This document shows, one piece after another, positions 10,241-18,619 of a stretch of 64,000 bases of DNA (the stretch's first letter is position 1; each line of letters begins with the position of its first letter). The notes beneath the pieces are model-generated. The model ran no database searches. It was given only the letters and a program-made list of their open reading frames with translations, and had not been told where the DNA came from. The DNA lies in the IMG/VR virus record IMGVR_UViG_3300029955_000023. One strand, written 5' to 3'. The stretch comes from an uncultured virus (IMG/VR IMGVR_UViG_3300029955_000023) (lineage: Duplodnaviria > Heunggongvirae > Uroviricota > Caudoviricetes). The position numbers and the translations under genes were made by a program.

Positions 10241-10552
10241 TCATGATTCCTCGTTTTCGTCGTCGGGGGATTCGTGGCTCTCATTCTCGACCGACATCTT
10301 CTCGAGCTGCAACTCGACGCGGTTCGCTCCGTTCTCTTTGTGGACAGAGATCACGGTGGCGAACGCGCGAATGTCGAGGTAGTCGCCCTCGTCGCAATCG
10401 GCGTCGAGGCCGAGTTTCGTCAGCTCCTCGTCGCACAGGCAAATGCGCAGCCCATAGGGATAACGGGCGCGCTCCGGCAGATCGAACGGCATGGGATGAT
10501 CCAACTGCCGTTCGTCGTCCATCTCCATATCGACGAGTTTGCCCATCGTCAC
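10241..10552 (-). CDS. Small head-associated protein (capsid staple-like)
   Basis: YPYGLRICLCDEELTKLGL...VELQL motif, as recalled from BPP-1/Bcep22-type head modules. Confidence 0.55.
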   Translation of the reverse strand: MTMGKLVDMEMDDERQLDHPMPFDLPERARYPYGLRICLCDEELTKLGLDADCDEGDYLDIRAFATVISVHKENGANRVELQLEKMSVENESHESPDDENEES

Positions 10553-10944
10553 ATCCCCGGTGCGCCGCCGGGAGCGCCAGGCGCGCCTCCGGGGGGAGGC
10601 GGAGCGCCGCCGGGAGCGCCGCCTTCGGGAGGCGCACCTTCCTGCGGGCCGGCCATCTCGGCCTGCTGCGCGGCCTGCATGTCCTGCATTTCCTTGACGT
10701 GCCGCGAGTGCATCTGGTCACGCTCGGCCTTGTGGTTGCCGTGCATGTCGCGATGCTCCGTGCGGTGACGCTCGTGCATGTGCTTGGTCGCCTCGATGTG
10801 GCGCTCGTGCATCGACTTCATTTCGCCGATTTCGCCTTCGCCGCCCTCGGCCTTTTTCTCAGGCTTCTTTTCCTCGCGCTTTTCGGGCTTCTTTTCTTCG
10901 CGCTCGCCGCCGCCGTAGAGTGAACCTCGTGCCATGATCTTCAC
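10549..10944 (-). CDS. Hypothetical His/Glu-rich helical protein
   Basis: ORF with overlapping start/stop; MHERH repeats and a Pro/Gly tail. Confidence 0.6.
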   Translation of the reverse strand: MKIMARGSLYGGGEREEKKPEKREEKKPEKKAEGGEGEIGEMKSMHERHIEATKHMHERHRTEHRDMHGNHKAERDQMHSRHVKEMQDMQAAQQAEMAGPQEGAPPEGGAPGGAPPPPGGAPGAPGGAPGM

Positions 10945-11162
10945 CTTTGCCGATAGAGATTGTGACGGCCAGCGGCGGCCTTCACTGAACTGAAAGGACG
11001 CGAGAGCGCGCCAGTGTCGCGGCTTTCGCTCTCATCGCCCTGTGCGGCCTCGTACGCGGCTGGGGCCTGCGCCGTCTTTGGCTTCCAGCGTTTCGGCGGC
11101 TTCTTGGCTTCGCTCATCGGTCCAGCCCTTGATGCGGCGTCGGCGACCGTGAGGGACGCCAT
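10941..11162 (-). CDS. Hypothetical small basic protein
   Basis: MASLTVADAAS... start overlaps the upstream stop; ends RHNLYRQR. Confidence 0.45.
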   Translation of the reverse strand: MASLTVADAASRAGPMSEAKKPPKRWKPKTAQAPAAYEAAQGDESESRDTGALSRPFSSVKAAAGRHNLYRQR

Positions 11163-11332
11163 CAGGATTTCTCGCGGTAGAGCGACTTGCTCTTTTTCTT
11201 CTCCGGCAGCTTGCCGCCGGGGTCGGCGTTCGCGAACTCTTTGCCGACGCTTTGAGGGACGCCGCCCGCGCCCCCCTTTTTTGCCGCGGCGGCGAACATG
11301 AGCCGCCGCTGCGCTTCGCTGACGGCGGGCAT
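11162..11332 (-). CDS. Small conserved phage protein
   Basis: MPAVSEAQRRLMFAAA...GVPQSVGKEF motif, common in podovirus head regions. Confidence 0.6.
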   Translation of the reverse strand: MPAVSEAQRRLMFAAAAKKGGAGGVPQSVGKEFANADPGGKLPEKKKSKSLYREKS

Positions 11333-11829
11333 TACAGCGTGCGGACCCAGGCCGCCTGCGAACCGAAATAGCGCCAGCAATAGCGCGTGTTCGCGACCAG
11401 CGCGGTCGGCGTCGCCAAGCCATAGGTCCCGGACGTAAGCGTCTGCCCGGTGTTGGCCGAGATCGTGATCGCGGTCTGCGTCTGCGAGTCCTCCAGGCAG
11501 AACCGCTGGCCGTCCGAAGGGGCCGCCATCAGAGTCAGCGTGCCGGTCGCGAGCGTGCCGGCCGGGTTCAGATAGAGTTCCGCAACGTAGACCGGGACCG
11601 TGATCGAAAACGCCGTCAGCGGCACCTGATAGGAATATTGATCGACGCCCGCAATCGCGCCAGGGGGCGCGAATTGGCTCTGCGCGGACGGCGCCCCGTA
11701 GGGGTTGACCTGCACGGTGTCGTTCTGGTGCATGGACGGCACAAGCGGCGAAACGACCTGCGCCGAGACAGCGTTGGCGAAGCCCAGCAGAGCGAGGCCG
11801 ATGACGAAACCTTTGAGCAAGTTCTTCAT
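11332..11829 (-). CDS. Beta-rich virion protein with signal-peptide-like N-terminus
   Basis: MKNLLKGFVIGLALLGFANAVSAQ; LNPAGTLATGTLTL...P.DGQ fibre-type C-terminus. Confidence 0.7.
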   Translation of the reverse strand: MKNLLKGFVIGLALLGFANAVSAQVVSPLVPSMHQNDTVQVNPYGAPSAQSQFAPPGAIAGVDQYSYQVPLTAFSITVPVYVAELYLNPAGTLATGTLTLMAAPSDGQRFCLEDSQTQTAITISANTGQTLTSGTYGLATPTALVANTRYCWRYFGSQAAWVRTL

Positions 11830-11839
11830 TCTGGCCTCC

Positions 11840-12157
11840 TCAGCCCGTGATCGAATAGTTGTAAGTGCTCGTATCGCTCGCCGTGGCTACGATGGTGAAG
11901 CCGGTGCCGGGCGTAATCGTCGTGATCGCCGGAACCGCGCCGACCGTGCCGCCGACGGTTTTCAGCGTGATGTTGATGTCCGACGTCGCGGTGACGTTGA
12001 CGTCGGCGATGGTGACGGTCGAGGCTCCGTTCGCCACGAACGATCCGGCGGAATATTTTATGCGGACAGCCTGCGGGCCGCCGTTGTCGAACATGAAATA
12101 TCCGATCTGGCCGGGGACGGTCAAAACGCCGGTGGTCCAAGTGACGGGAGCAGCCAT
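11840..12157 (-). CDS. Putative head fibre/decoration protein
   Basis: Thr/Gly/Val-rich beta protein; GGAGG RBS upstream. Confidence 0.6.
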   Translation of the reverse strand: MAAPVTWTTGVLTVPGQIGYFMFDNGGPQAVRIKYSAGSFVANGASTVTIADVNVTATSDINITLKTVGGTVGAVPAITTITPGTGFTIVATASDTSTYNYSITG

Positions 12158-12160
12158 TTG

Positions 12161-13066
12161 TCAGCCTCCTGATAGCGGGCCGATGGCCAGCGATTCGTTC
12201 GCGCCGCCGGTCTGGCTCACACGATAATTTATGACGCCGGACGTGTAGGCGATGCAGTTCGGGCGATATAGCACATTCTTTTCCGGTTCGCCGAACACTA
12301 ACGAAACTGGCGTCCCGGCGGTGTATTGCGCCAGCGCGCCGCCGCCGCCCTGGTTACAAATGATCCAAGTCAGGCCGCCGTCAAAGCTGCGCTCGATCTG
12401 CACGGTCGCGACGAACACGACGCTGGCTCCGGTGAACACAGCCGCCGCATCCACACCCGCCGAGACGGCGTTGGCGGCCAGCGCGAACCGCAGGAAGCGC
12501 GGATTCGGATCGGGGGGAACCGCCGTCGGCGCGGCGGAAAGTTGCACGACGCCCGGCTGGCCTGGCGAGGTCGAAGTCGCCGGGATGTCAAGCTGGGTGA
12601 TAGCAACCACGGTCGTATTGGCCGGCAGCGTCGTTTGCTCGTTGGTCGACGGCACGGTGACGGTCGCACCGAGCAATTGCGCGACGTTCGATCCGGGGGG
12701 CAGCGTGACGAACGCGGCGTAGGTCGAAAGGTTCGTCGCTTGGATCGCTAGCGCGGGCAGCGCCAGCGTGCCGGACGTTCCGGCGAAGGTCTTCCAAGTC
12801 GTGCCGGCGGGGATATTCTTGGAGTTGATCGCGCCGCCAATCGCCAGGCCGGTTCCGCTCGACACGGAGGCCGCCGCCGAGCCCGCCGTCGTGGTGAACG
12901 CTATGTTGGCGATCGAAGCCCAGATTGACCAGTTCATCGGGCCGCGAAACGCGAACGCATCGCCGGGGCCGACCGCCGACAGCACTCCGGACACAACGAC
13001 GCTGGCCTGATCGCCCGCATTCGGGAGGCCTGCGGCGTCAATGTTCTGGACGGCGGGGATGCCCAT
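12161..13066 (-). CDS. Putative virion structural protein
   Basis: Beta-rich with ATVQIERSFDGGLTW motif; lies in the head module. Confidence 0.6.
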   Translation of the reverse strand: MGIPAVQNIDAAGLPNAGDQASVVVSGVLSAVGPGDAFAFRGPMNWSIWASIANIAFTTTAGSAAASVSSGTGLAIGGAINSKNIPAGTTWKTFAGTSGTLALPALAIQATNLSTYAAFVTLPPGSNVAQLLGATVTVPSTNEQTTLPANTTVVAITQLDIPATSTSPGQPGVVQLSAAPTAVPPDPNPRFLRFALAANAVSAGVDAAAVFTGASVVFVATVQIERSFDGGLTWIICNQGGGGALAQYTAGTPVSLVFGEPEKNVLYRPNCIAYTSGVINYRVSQTGGANESLAIGPLSGG

Positions 13067-13072
13067 GTTCGA

Positions 13073-13843
13073 TCAGACCGGGTTATCGGCGTTGTATTGG
13101 CGCGCGGGCGGGTGCGACGTGCCAAGCACGCGGACGTGCGTGGCGTTCGGGTCGAACGGGTCGGCCTCGATGTCGAGCGCGTTGGCTACGGTTTCGTCGA
13201 ACCTGATTTCGCGGCGCGCGGGCGGCGCTCCTTCGATCAACAGGCCGCCGTCGGTAAGCCACGCCTCACGACGGACCTCGTTTTTTCCGTATCCATCCTT
13301 GCCGTATTTGTTGCCGCGCGAGCCGCGGAACTCGGCGTAGATGCGCTCGGCCATCTCGTTGAGCGGGATCATCGCGTCATTCGGCTCAAGGCACCAACGG
13401 AACTCGACCGGAACCGCCTTCTTGGTCGCCGGATCGCGCTTCCATGGGTCGATGATGTGGTCGGCCAGCACAACCTTGGAGCGGCATTTCCACTTCGGCC
13501 GGCGCGGGTCGCCCTTCGGCAGCGCGACGGCTTCGCGGATCAGCGCATCCATACGGTCCTGCGCCATGCGCCTCTCGGCCATGACCTTCGGATCGACGGG
13601 CTTGTCGCGCTTGTCGCCCTGATGCGACATTTCGGCGATGGCGAGCGCCAGCCCGCGCAGCAAGTCCTGCGCGTCGCCGGTCGGCTCAGCGTCGCTCCTG
13701 GACGACGCGAAGTGCGCGATGGCCGCCGCCGTGGCTTCGGCAGCGGCGACGCGCGCGGCCTCGGCGACCGCGTGCTTGAACTCCGGCGTCTCGGTAATAG
13801 GAACCGGGTTTTCGGCCCGGTTCGGCTTGATCGGCTCACCCAT
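13073..13843 (-). CDS. Hypothetical protein (head module)
   Basis: 256-aa ORF with AGGA RBS, in the late operon. Confidence 0.65.
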   Translation of the reverse strand: MGEPIKPNRAENPVPITETPEFKHAVAEAARVAAAEATAAAIAHFASSRSDAEPTGDAQDLLRGLALAIAEMSHQGDKRDKPVDPKVMAERRMAQDRMDALIREAVALPKGDPRRPKWKCRSKVVLADHIIDPWKRDPATKKAVPVEFRWCLEPNDAMIPLNEMAERIYAEFRGSRGNKYGKDGYGKNEVRREAWLTDGGLLIEGAPPARREIRFDETVANALDIEADPFDPNATHVRVLGTSHPPARQYNADNPV

Positions 13844-13854
13844 GAACTCGTTCC

Positions 13855-14397
13855 TTACGCGAGGGCGAAGTTCTTCGCGCCAAAGTTCACGTCGTCGCGA
13901 GCCGTGGTCGGCATGGCGAAGGCGATGGTTCCGGCGGTGAACGTCGTGCCGGTCAAAATCTGGAACAACAGCCGCAGATAGCGCGGCAGCGTGCCGAACG
14001 GGAACGACGGCGGGTAGTCGAACCGGGCGACCGTCTTGGACGCGCCGAGGTTGGCCGCCGACATGTAGCCGCTCTCAACCAGCGTGATCCACGTTCCCGG
14101 CTGATAATTGCCGCCGGAGCCTTGATCGACAGCCGCCTGAAACTGGATATTCAGCGTCGCGGACGAGCCGGTCGTGAACGCCGTGCCGGTGGTGCAGAGC
14201 AACTGCGTCTTCTGCCGGCCGATGCCGAGGTCCGTTCCGAACACGGATCGCGTGCCGATGATGTTCGGGGGGGCCACGCCGACGCCGGCGCCGGTGAGGT
14301 CGATGACGTTCGAGGCGACGCCCGCGCCCGCCGCCGTGTTGGCGAGGGAGAGGGGGGCGCCGAATGGCACAAATTGAAGAAGGCCGTCGATTTCCAT
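13855..14397 (-). CDS. Capsid cement/decoration protein (Bbp16-like)
   Basis: MEIDGLLQF...ASNVIDL...RYLRL...FTAGTI.A pattern, directly after the MCP. Confidence 0.75.
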   Translation of the reverse strand: MEIDGLLQFVPFGAPLSLANTAAGAGVASNVIDLTGAGVGVAPPNIIGTRSVFGTDLGIGRQKTQLLCTTGTAFTTGSSATLNIQFQAAVDQGSGGNYQPGTWITLVESGYMSAANLGASKTVARFDYPPSFPFGTLPRYLRLLFQILTGTTFTAGTIAFAMPTTARDDVNFGAKNFALA

Positions 14398-14421
14398 GAG
14401 ATTTCTCCTTCGCCTGCGCGA

Positions 14422-15465
14422 TCAGGTCAGTCGGCTTTCGGTGTTGAGAATTTGGTCCGAGATGTCGATCGGGATATCCCGCCACTTCATGACGGCGACG
14501 CCCGCGTACTGGTCGGGGCTCATCAGCACGTTGCGGTTGCGCATGGCCTGAACCTGCATCCAGTGGCCGAGCGTGCGGTTGACGAAGATGCGATGGCGCA
14601 CGCCGGGGTCGCCCTCGGGGTCGTCAGTCTCGGTGATGCCGGACGTGTCGCTGGTGAGCGATGGGAAGAAGAACTGCATCTCGGCGAGGGTCGCGAAGAT
14701 GTCGAGCGCGTTCGGCCCGGCGAGGCCCGCCGTGGTGACGTCGATGTTGGCGATGCGCCCGCCGTAGCGCCAGTCCTTCGGGCAAAGGCCGATCTGCTGG
14801 CGGAAGAAGCCGGTGAACGCCTCGTACTGGTTGCCCAGCGAGTCGTAGGCGGCGCGGACGTCCGACTTGTCCTCGAAGTCGAGGCCGGCGTGGGAGTCTT
14901 CCGGGTAGACGCAGAAGATGGTCTCCGGCCCGAGGCCGAGCCACCAGAGCGACGTGTTGGACGATCCAGTACCGCCGCCGTCGAACACGTTGGCCGCGTT
15001 CTGCGTGTTGGCTGTGTTGACCGAGTTGTAGAAGGTCGAGAGGCCCTGAAACGCCGCCGGGTTGGTGGCGGTGTTGCCGTAGAGCATCGTGAACTCGATG
15101 GTCTGGCCCATGCCTTCGAGGAACGCGACATCCTCGGAGCGCCGGAACTTCTCGGTGTTGCCGGTGCGCTCGGCGAGCGTGCGGTCGACGACCGAATAAT
15201 CGGTCAATTCGCCGATGGACACGCGGTCCTGCGCGGTCGTGCTCTTGCTCGACGGCGTGCCGGTGTTGATCATGCGCCACGAACCAGTCGGGATCGACGT
15301 GCGGTAAGTGAACATATGGGCGCTGCGCTCGTTCGCTTTCACGAACGGGAAATTTTTGTAGATGGCGAGCTTCTGGCTCATCATCTCGGCGACGCGCGGG
15401 ATGTTCCCCTGCACGTCCATGCGGGAGGCGACGTCAACGATTGTTGGGAATTGTCCGGTCGCCAT
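14422..15465 (-). CDS. Major capsid protein (Bbp17-like, HK97 fold)
   Basis: PT.VD.A.R, RTSIPTGSWRMIN.G, FRRSEDVAFLEGMGQ, DWRYGGRIANID and DQILNTESR motifs. Confidence 0.9.
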   Translation of the reverse strand: MATGQFPTIVDVASRMDVQGNIPRVAEMMSQKLAIYKNFPFVKANERSAHMFTYRTSIPTGSWRMINTGTPSSKSTTAQDRVSIGELTDYSVVDRTLAERTGNTEKFRRSEDVAFLEGMGQTIEFTMLYGNTATNPAAFQGLSTFYNSVNTANTQNAANVFDGGGTGSSNTSLWWLGLGPETIFCVYPEDSHAGLDFEDKSDVRAAYDSLGNQYEAFTGFFRQQIGLCPKDWRYGGRIANIDVTTAGLAGPNALDIFATLAEMQFFFPSLTSDTSGITETDDPEGDPGVRHRIFVNRTLGHWMQVQAMRNRNVLMSPDQYAGVAVMKWRDIPIDISDQILNTESRLT

Positions 15466-15483
15466 TTCAAGCGCTCCTATTCA

Positions 15484-16335
15484 TCATTTCGAGGCGTAGA
15501 GGGAATTGGATGGCCGCTTGCCGTTGTTCTTGGTCGGCTGCGGAGGGACGTTCGGTTGCCTGGGCTCGTCGAGAACGCCGCCGAGCGCATGGAGTATTTC
15601 AACAAAAACCGGGTGATCTCCGGCCCCGGTGATGCGCACGAAATTCTCAACGCGCTCGGCTTGGGCGTTGTATTTTGGCGACCCAGGGACCGCGCCGCCG
15701 GCCAGAATCGACGTCGCGAGATCGCGCGCGCGAACGGCGACGCCCATTGCGGCGTCATGGCCGGAGCCGCCGACAAAGGGGCTGGCGAGGATTTCCTTGC
15801 GCCAGCCGGCGCGCGTGTCGTTCCAGACCTGCACCTGCTTGGCCGCCTGCTCCTGCACGAACGCGGTGGCGGCTTCGTTGAAATAGCCGACGGCCTTCTG
15901 CGCGGCCTCGGGCGTCAGCTTGTGCTCGCGCGCGAACTCGGTGAAGGCGGCGACCTTCTCGTCCTGCGGCTTGACGTGATCGGGGAAATCGAACTTGTAT
16001 TCGACCGGGGCTTCCGGTTCGGCCTCGGCGGCCTTTTCCTCGGTCGCGGGCTTCTCGGCGTCGGGCTTGGCCTCGACCTTCGTTTCCGGCTTGACCTCCG
16101 CGGGTTTGGCGTCCGCTGGCTTCGTCTCGACGGCGGGAGACTCGGCGGCCTTCTCGGCGGCCTTGGCCGGCTCCGCGCCGGGAGCCTTGAAGGTCTCAAG
16201 CAGCGTCGGGATTTCGTGGGGATGCTTCGGCGCTTCCGGCGCGGCGGCGACCGGTTCAACAGCCGGGGCGGCGACGGGCGCTTCGACGGCGGGAGCCGGA
16301 GCGTCGGGATTGACGATGGGTTCTTCGCCGGCCAT
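15484..16335 (-). CDS. Capsid scaffolding protein
   Basis: Ala/Pro/Glu-rich N-terminus, FAREHKLTPEAAQK and GAGDHP motifs; immediately upstream of the MCP. Confidence 0.75.
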   Translation of the reverse strand: MAGEEPIVNPDAPAPAVEAPVAAPAVEPVAAAPEAPKHPHEIPTLLETFKAPGAEPAKAAEKAAESPAVETKPADAKPAEVKPETKVEAKPDAEKPATEEKAAEAEPEAPVEYKFDFPDHVKPQDEKVAAFTEFAREHKLTPEAAQKAVGYFNEAATAFVQEQAAKQVQVWNDTRAGWRKEILASPFVGGSGHDAAMGVAVRARDLATSILAGGAVPGSPKYNAQAERVENFVRITGAGDHPVFVEILHALGGVLDEPRQPNVPPQPTKNNGKRPSNSLYASK

Positions 16336-16754
16336 CAGCGTTTGCCCTTCTCAGGCTTCGGCTTCGGGAAGCGGGGATCGTGTTCAATCCGCATCAGGCG
16401 CACGCCTTCAAAATCGCGGATCGTCCATTGGTCGAGGAAGTGGTCGGAAACCGACTTGACGCCAGCGCGGAAGAAACTCGCGTGTGGATCGGGAAAGCCA
16501 TTCGGACCCGCGCCGAATCGCGCGTCCATGATGCCGGCCGACTTGAGCAGTCCCCACATTTCGCGGCGACCGACCGGCGAAGCGAACGTCGCGCGCCACC
16601 AATCTTCGGCCTCGCGGTCGTCAAGCTCGGCGCGGCGCGCCTGCTGCTTGAGACGTCGCGCGTCAGCGGCGCTGTCGGGAGAGCCGGGATCCGGCTCCGC
16701 GCGCTCGGCGTCGTCATCGTCAGGTTCGAGCGGGTCAATTTCATCATTGCTCAC
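16335..16754 (-). CDS. Bbp19-like head-module protein
   Basis: SPVGRREMWGLLKSAG...FF.AG...V pattern upstream of the scaffold gene. Confidence 0.65.
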   Translation of the reverse strand: MSNDEIDPLEPDDDDAERAEPDPGSPDSAADARRLKQQARRAELDDREAEDWWRATFASPVGRREMWGLLKSAGIMDARFGAGPNGFPDPHASFFRAGVKSVSDHFLDQWTIRDFEGVRLMRIEHDPRFPKPKPEKGKR

Positions 16755-17245
16755 GCATTCGCCCCTGGGAGGATGATCCCGCCGGGGCTGAGCGACGCGC
16801 GATAGCCAAACTTGCGGTTATCGCGCATGAACGGCTTGACGGGCTCGGGGATGATTGCGCCGGCCTTACCGGTCTTGCCGCGCTGGGTCTGATCGACGAG
16901 GCGGATCACGGCCCGCAGATTCTCGGCCAGCTTGACGAAATTCAGGTTCTTCTCGCCCATCGCGATATGGACGGTTTCGCCGTCGATCTTGTAGCCGCGC
17001 AGCCAGCCGCCGGCCTTCTTGTGGCACTCGCCCATAAGTTGGCCGATGGGCCACCAGCGCATATCCTCGCGCCATTGGGAGGCTTGCTTGCAGCAGCCTT
17101 CGATCTTCTCAAGCTCGTCGCGGAGCATTTCGTATGCGCCGCCGTTGTAGCTTTCGATGGCGAGATGGTCGCAATGCTCCGCCGCGAGCGCGAGGTTTTC
17201 GCGCATACACTCGAAGATTTCAGCTTCCGTCAAGTCGCTCATCAA
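16751..17245 (-). CDS. Hypothetical protein
   Basis: 164-aa ORF coupled to the downstream gene by ATGA overlap. Confidence 0.65.
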   Translation of the reverse strand: MMSDLTEAEIFECMRENLALAAEHCDHLAIESYNGGAYEMLRDELEKIEGCCKQASQWREDMRWWPIGQLMGECHKKAGGWLRGYKIDGETVHIAMGEKNLNFVKLAENLRAVIRLVDQTQRGKTGKAGAIIPEPVKPFMRDNRKFGYRASLSPGGIILPGANA

Positions 17246-17286
17246 AGCGACGGTTGGCTTGTGTGTGGAAAATCAGCAATTGGCTG

Positions 17287-17317
17287 TTGAAACAACCGTG
17301 ACTATCCGGTAGTCACG
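17287..17317 (+). promoter_or_regulatory. Putative promoter with overlapping palindromic operator
   Basis: TTGAAA-17 nt-TAGTCA, overlapped by perfect IR CGTGACTA-N5-TAGTCACG (17297-17317). Confidence 0.45.
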
Positions 17318-17339
17318 AGGATTATGCAGTATCGCCAAA

Positions 17340-17561
17340 ATGTCTAACGACGATCTTTTCAACAGGAAGCAAGCCGCCGCTTATCTTCGCAAGATGGGCT
17401 GCGCGGCTTCTCCATCGACGTTGGCTAATATGGCGGTAAGCGGCAATGCAGGCGGAGGCCCGCCGTTCATCGTGTACCGGAATCGAAAACGACGGCACGT
17501 CAGCTACAGGCGCGTCGATCTGGACGAGTGGGCGGCGAAGAAAATCCGGAGGGTCGAGTGA
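17340..17561 (+). CDS. Excisionase/AlpA-like helix-turn-helix protein
   Basis: RKQAAAYL...STLANMA..G.GPPF...VSYRRVDLDEW. Confidence 0.75.
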   Translation: MSNDDLFNRKQAAAYLRKMGCAASPSTLANMAVSGNAGGGPPFIVYRNRKRRHVSYRRVDLDEWAAKKIRRVE

Positions 17562-17740
17562 TGGGCGTCATGACTAAACGTCGGCTGATATCAAAGGCCA
17601 AACGACACGCCGCCCAGCGCGGAAGGGAACGTGAGGATGAGCGGTTTTTGGGTGGCATGCGCAGGCGGATGCAGGCGACCGTTGACGCCTGCAATTTCTA
17701 TCGCAGCATCCCCGCCCCCCTCATTGCGGACGCGGAATAA
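17561..17740 (+). CDS. Hypothetical protein
   Basis: Coupled short ORF in the plus-strand island. Confidence 0.45.
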   Translation: MGVMTKRRLISKAKRHAAQRGREREDERFLGGMRRRMQATVDACNFYRSIPAPLIADAE

Positions 17741-18039
17741 TGGGCGAATCCCGGCGCAAGGCCCAAATCATAGGAGTTGAAATGTCTGGTCTGATCGGAG
17801 CGAAGTCCTGCCGCTCGTGCGAATATAGGCTCAAGCTGCAAGGCAAGCTGTTCTGCCGGCGCTATCCGCCGCAGAACATCGGCGGCCTCGTGCCGGGGCC
17901 GGAAGGGCGGCCGATGACCATGTTCATGTCGAGCTATCCCGAGACGAACCCCGACCTTCCGTGCGGCGAGTATGTGCGCAACGGCGCGCACGCGGCGGAG
18001 GAATTGCAGGACGCGGCGAAGGCCGCGACGCAGCAGTGA
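17740..18039 (+). CDS. Cys-rich (putative Zn-binding) phage protein
   Basis: CRSCEY...CRRYPP...YPET...CGEY motif. Confidence 0.65.
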   Translation: MGESRRKAQIIGVEMSGLIGAKSCRSCEYRLKLQGKLFCRRYPPQNIGGLVPGPEGRPMTMFMSSYPETNPDLPCGEYVRNGAHAAEELQDAAKAATQQ

Positions 18040-18323
18040 GCGAGGTTGAAGCGGCGGCGGTTGGGGGATCGCATGATAAGAGATTGATCAAGGCCAGCGT
18101 CGGCCACAGCCCGTGGATCAAGGTCCGTTCCAATCCGAAACGCGGGCCGTGGATAGCCCCAGGTGAGGATGTACCCCCCATCCTCATCGAGGGATACCGG
18201 CTCGAAACACTGCACTACATGCGCGAAAAAGAAACGTCGCCGGATATATATCGTTTCTGGGTTCATGAGAGCCTGACGATTGACCAGGCTTGCGCGATGA
18301 TTATGGAAGGTTACGCGCGATGA
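18036..18323 (+). CDS. Hypothetical protein
   Basis: GTGA overlap start; coupled to both neighbours. Confidence 0.55.
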   Translation: MSEVEAAAVGGSHDKRLIKASVGHSPWIKVRSNPKRGPWIAPGEDVPPILIEGYRLETLHYMREKETSPDIYRFWVHESLTIDQACAMIMEGYAR

Positions 18324-18619
18324 TCCTCTCCCGCCGAGGCGTCCTGCGCTGCTTGACCGGGCTGATCGCTGCACCTGCGATTGTGCGGGCCGACGCGTTG
18401 ATGCGGGTGGTGGCGCCACGTTTGGGTGAAATAGGAAACCCCGTTATTGGGTTGCCGCCGCCACCTGGATACGAATGGCGAACGTCGTTTCCGACGGCGA
18501 AATGGCGGATGCTAAATTCTGGCGATCCAGGCATTCGTTTGTGGGAACTTAACGAATATTTCGCAGACCTGAAATATTTGTCATTGGCCGCCCCCGCCCA
18601 GCATCGCGCCGAGGGCTGA
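18320..18619 (+). CDS. Twin-arginine-leader small protein carrying an MCP-like peptide
   Basis: MILSRRGVLRCLTGLIAAPAIVRA leader; internal WRTSFPTAKWRMLNSGDP. Confidence 0.55.
   Translation: MILSRRGVLRCLTGLIAAPAIVRADALMRVVAPRLGEIGNPVIGLPPPPGYEWRTSFPTAKWRMLNSGDPGIRLWELNEYFADLKYLSLAAPAQHRAEG

Noticed and set aside
14122..16776. 884-aa plus-strand ORF, and similar long antisense ORFs such as 57993-59840 and 56313-57740
   Set aside because: Shadow frames opposite well-supported GC-rich genes, with no recognisable motifs.
17340..17561. Excisionase as evidence of an integration module
   Set aside because: No integrase or att site seen; this HTH family also acts as transcription regulators.
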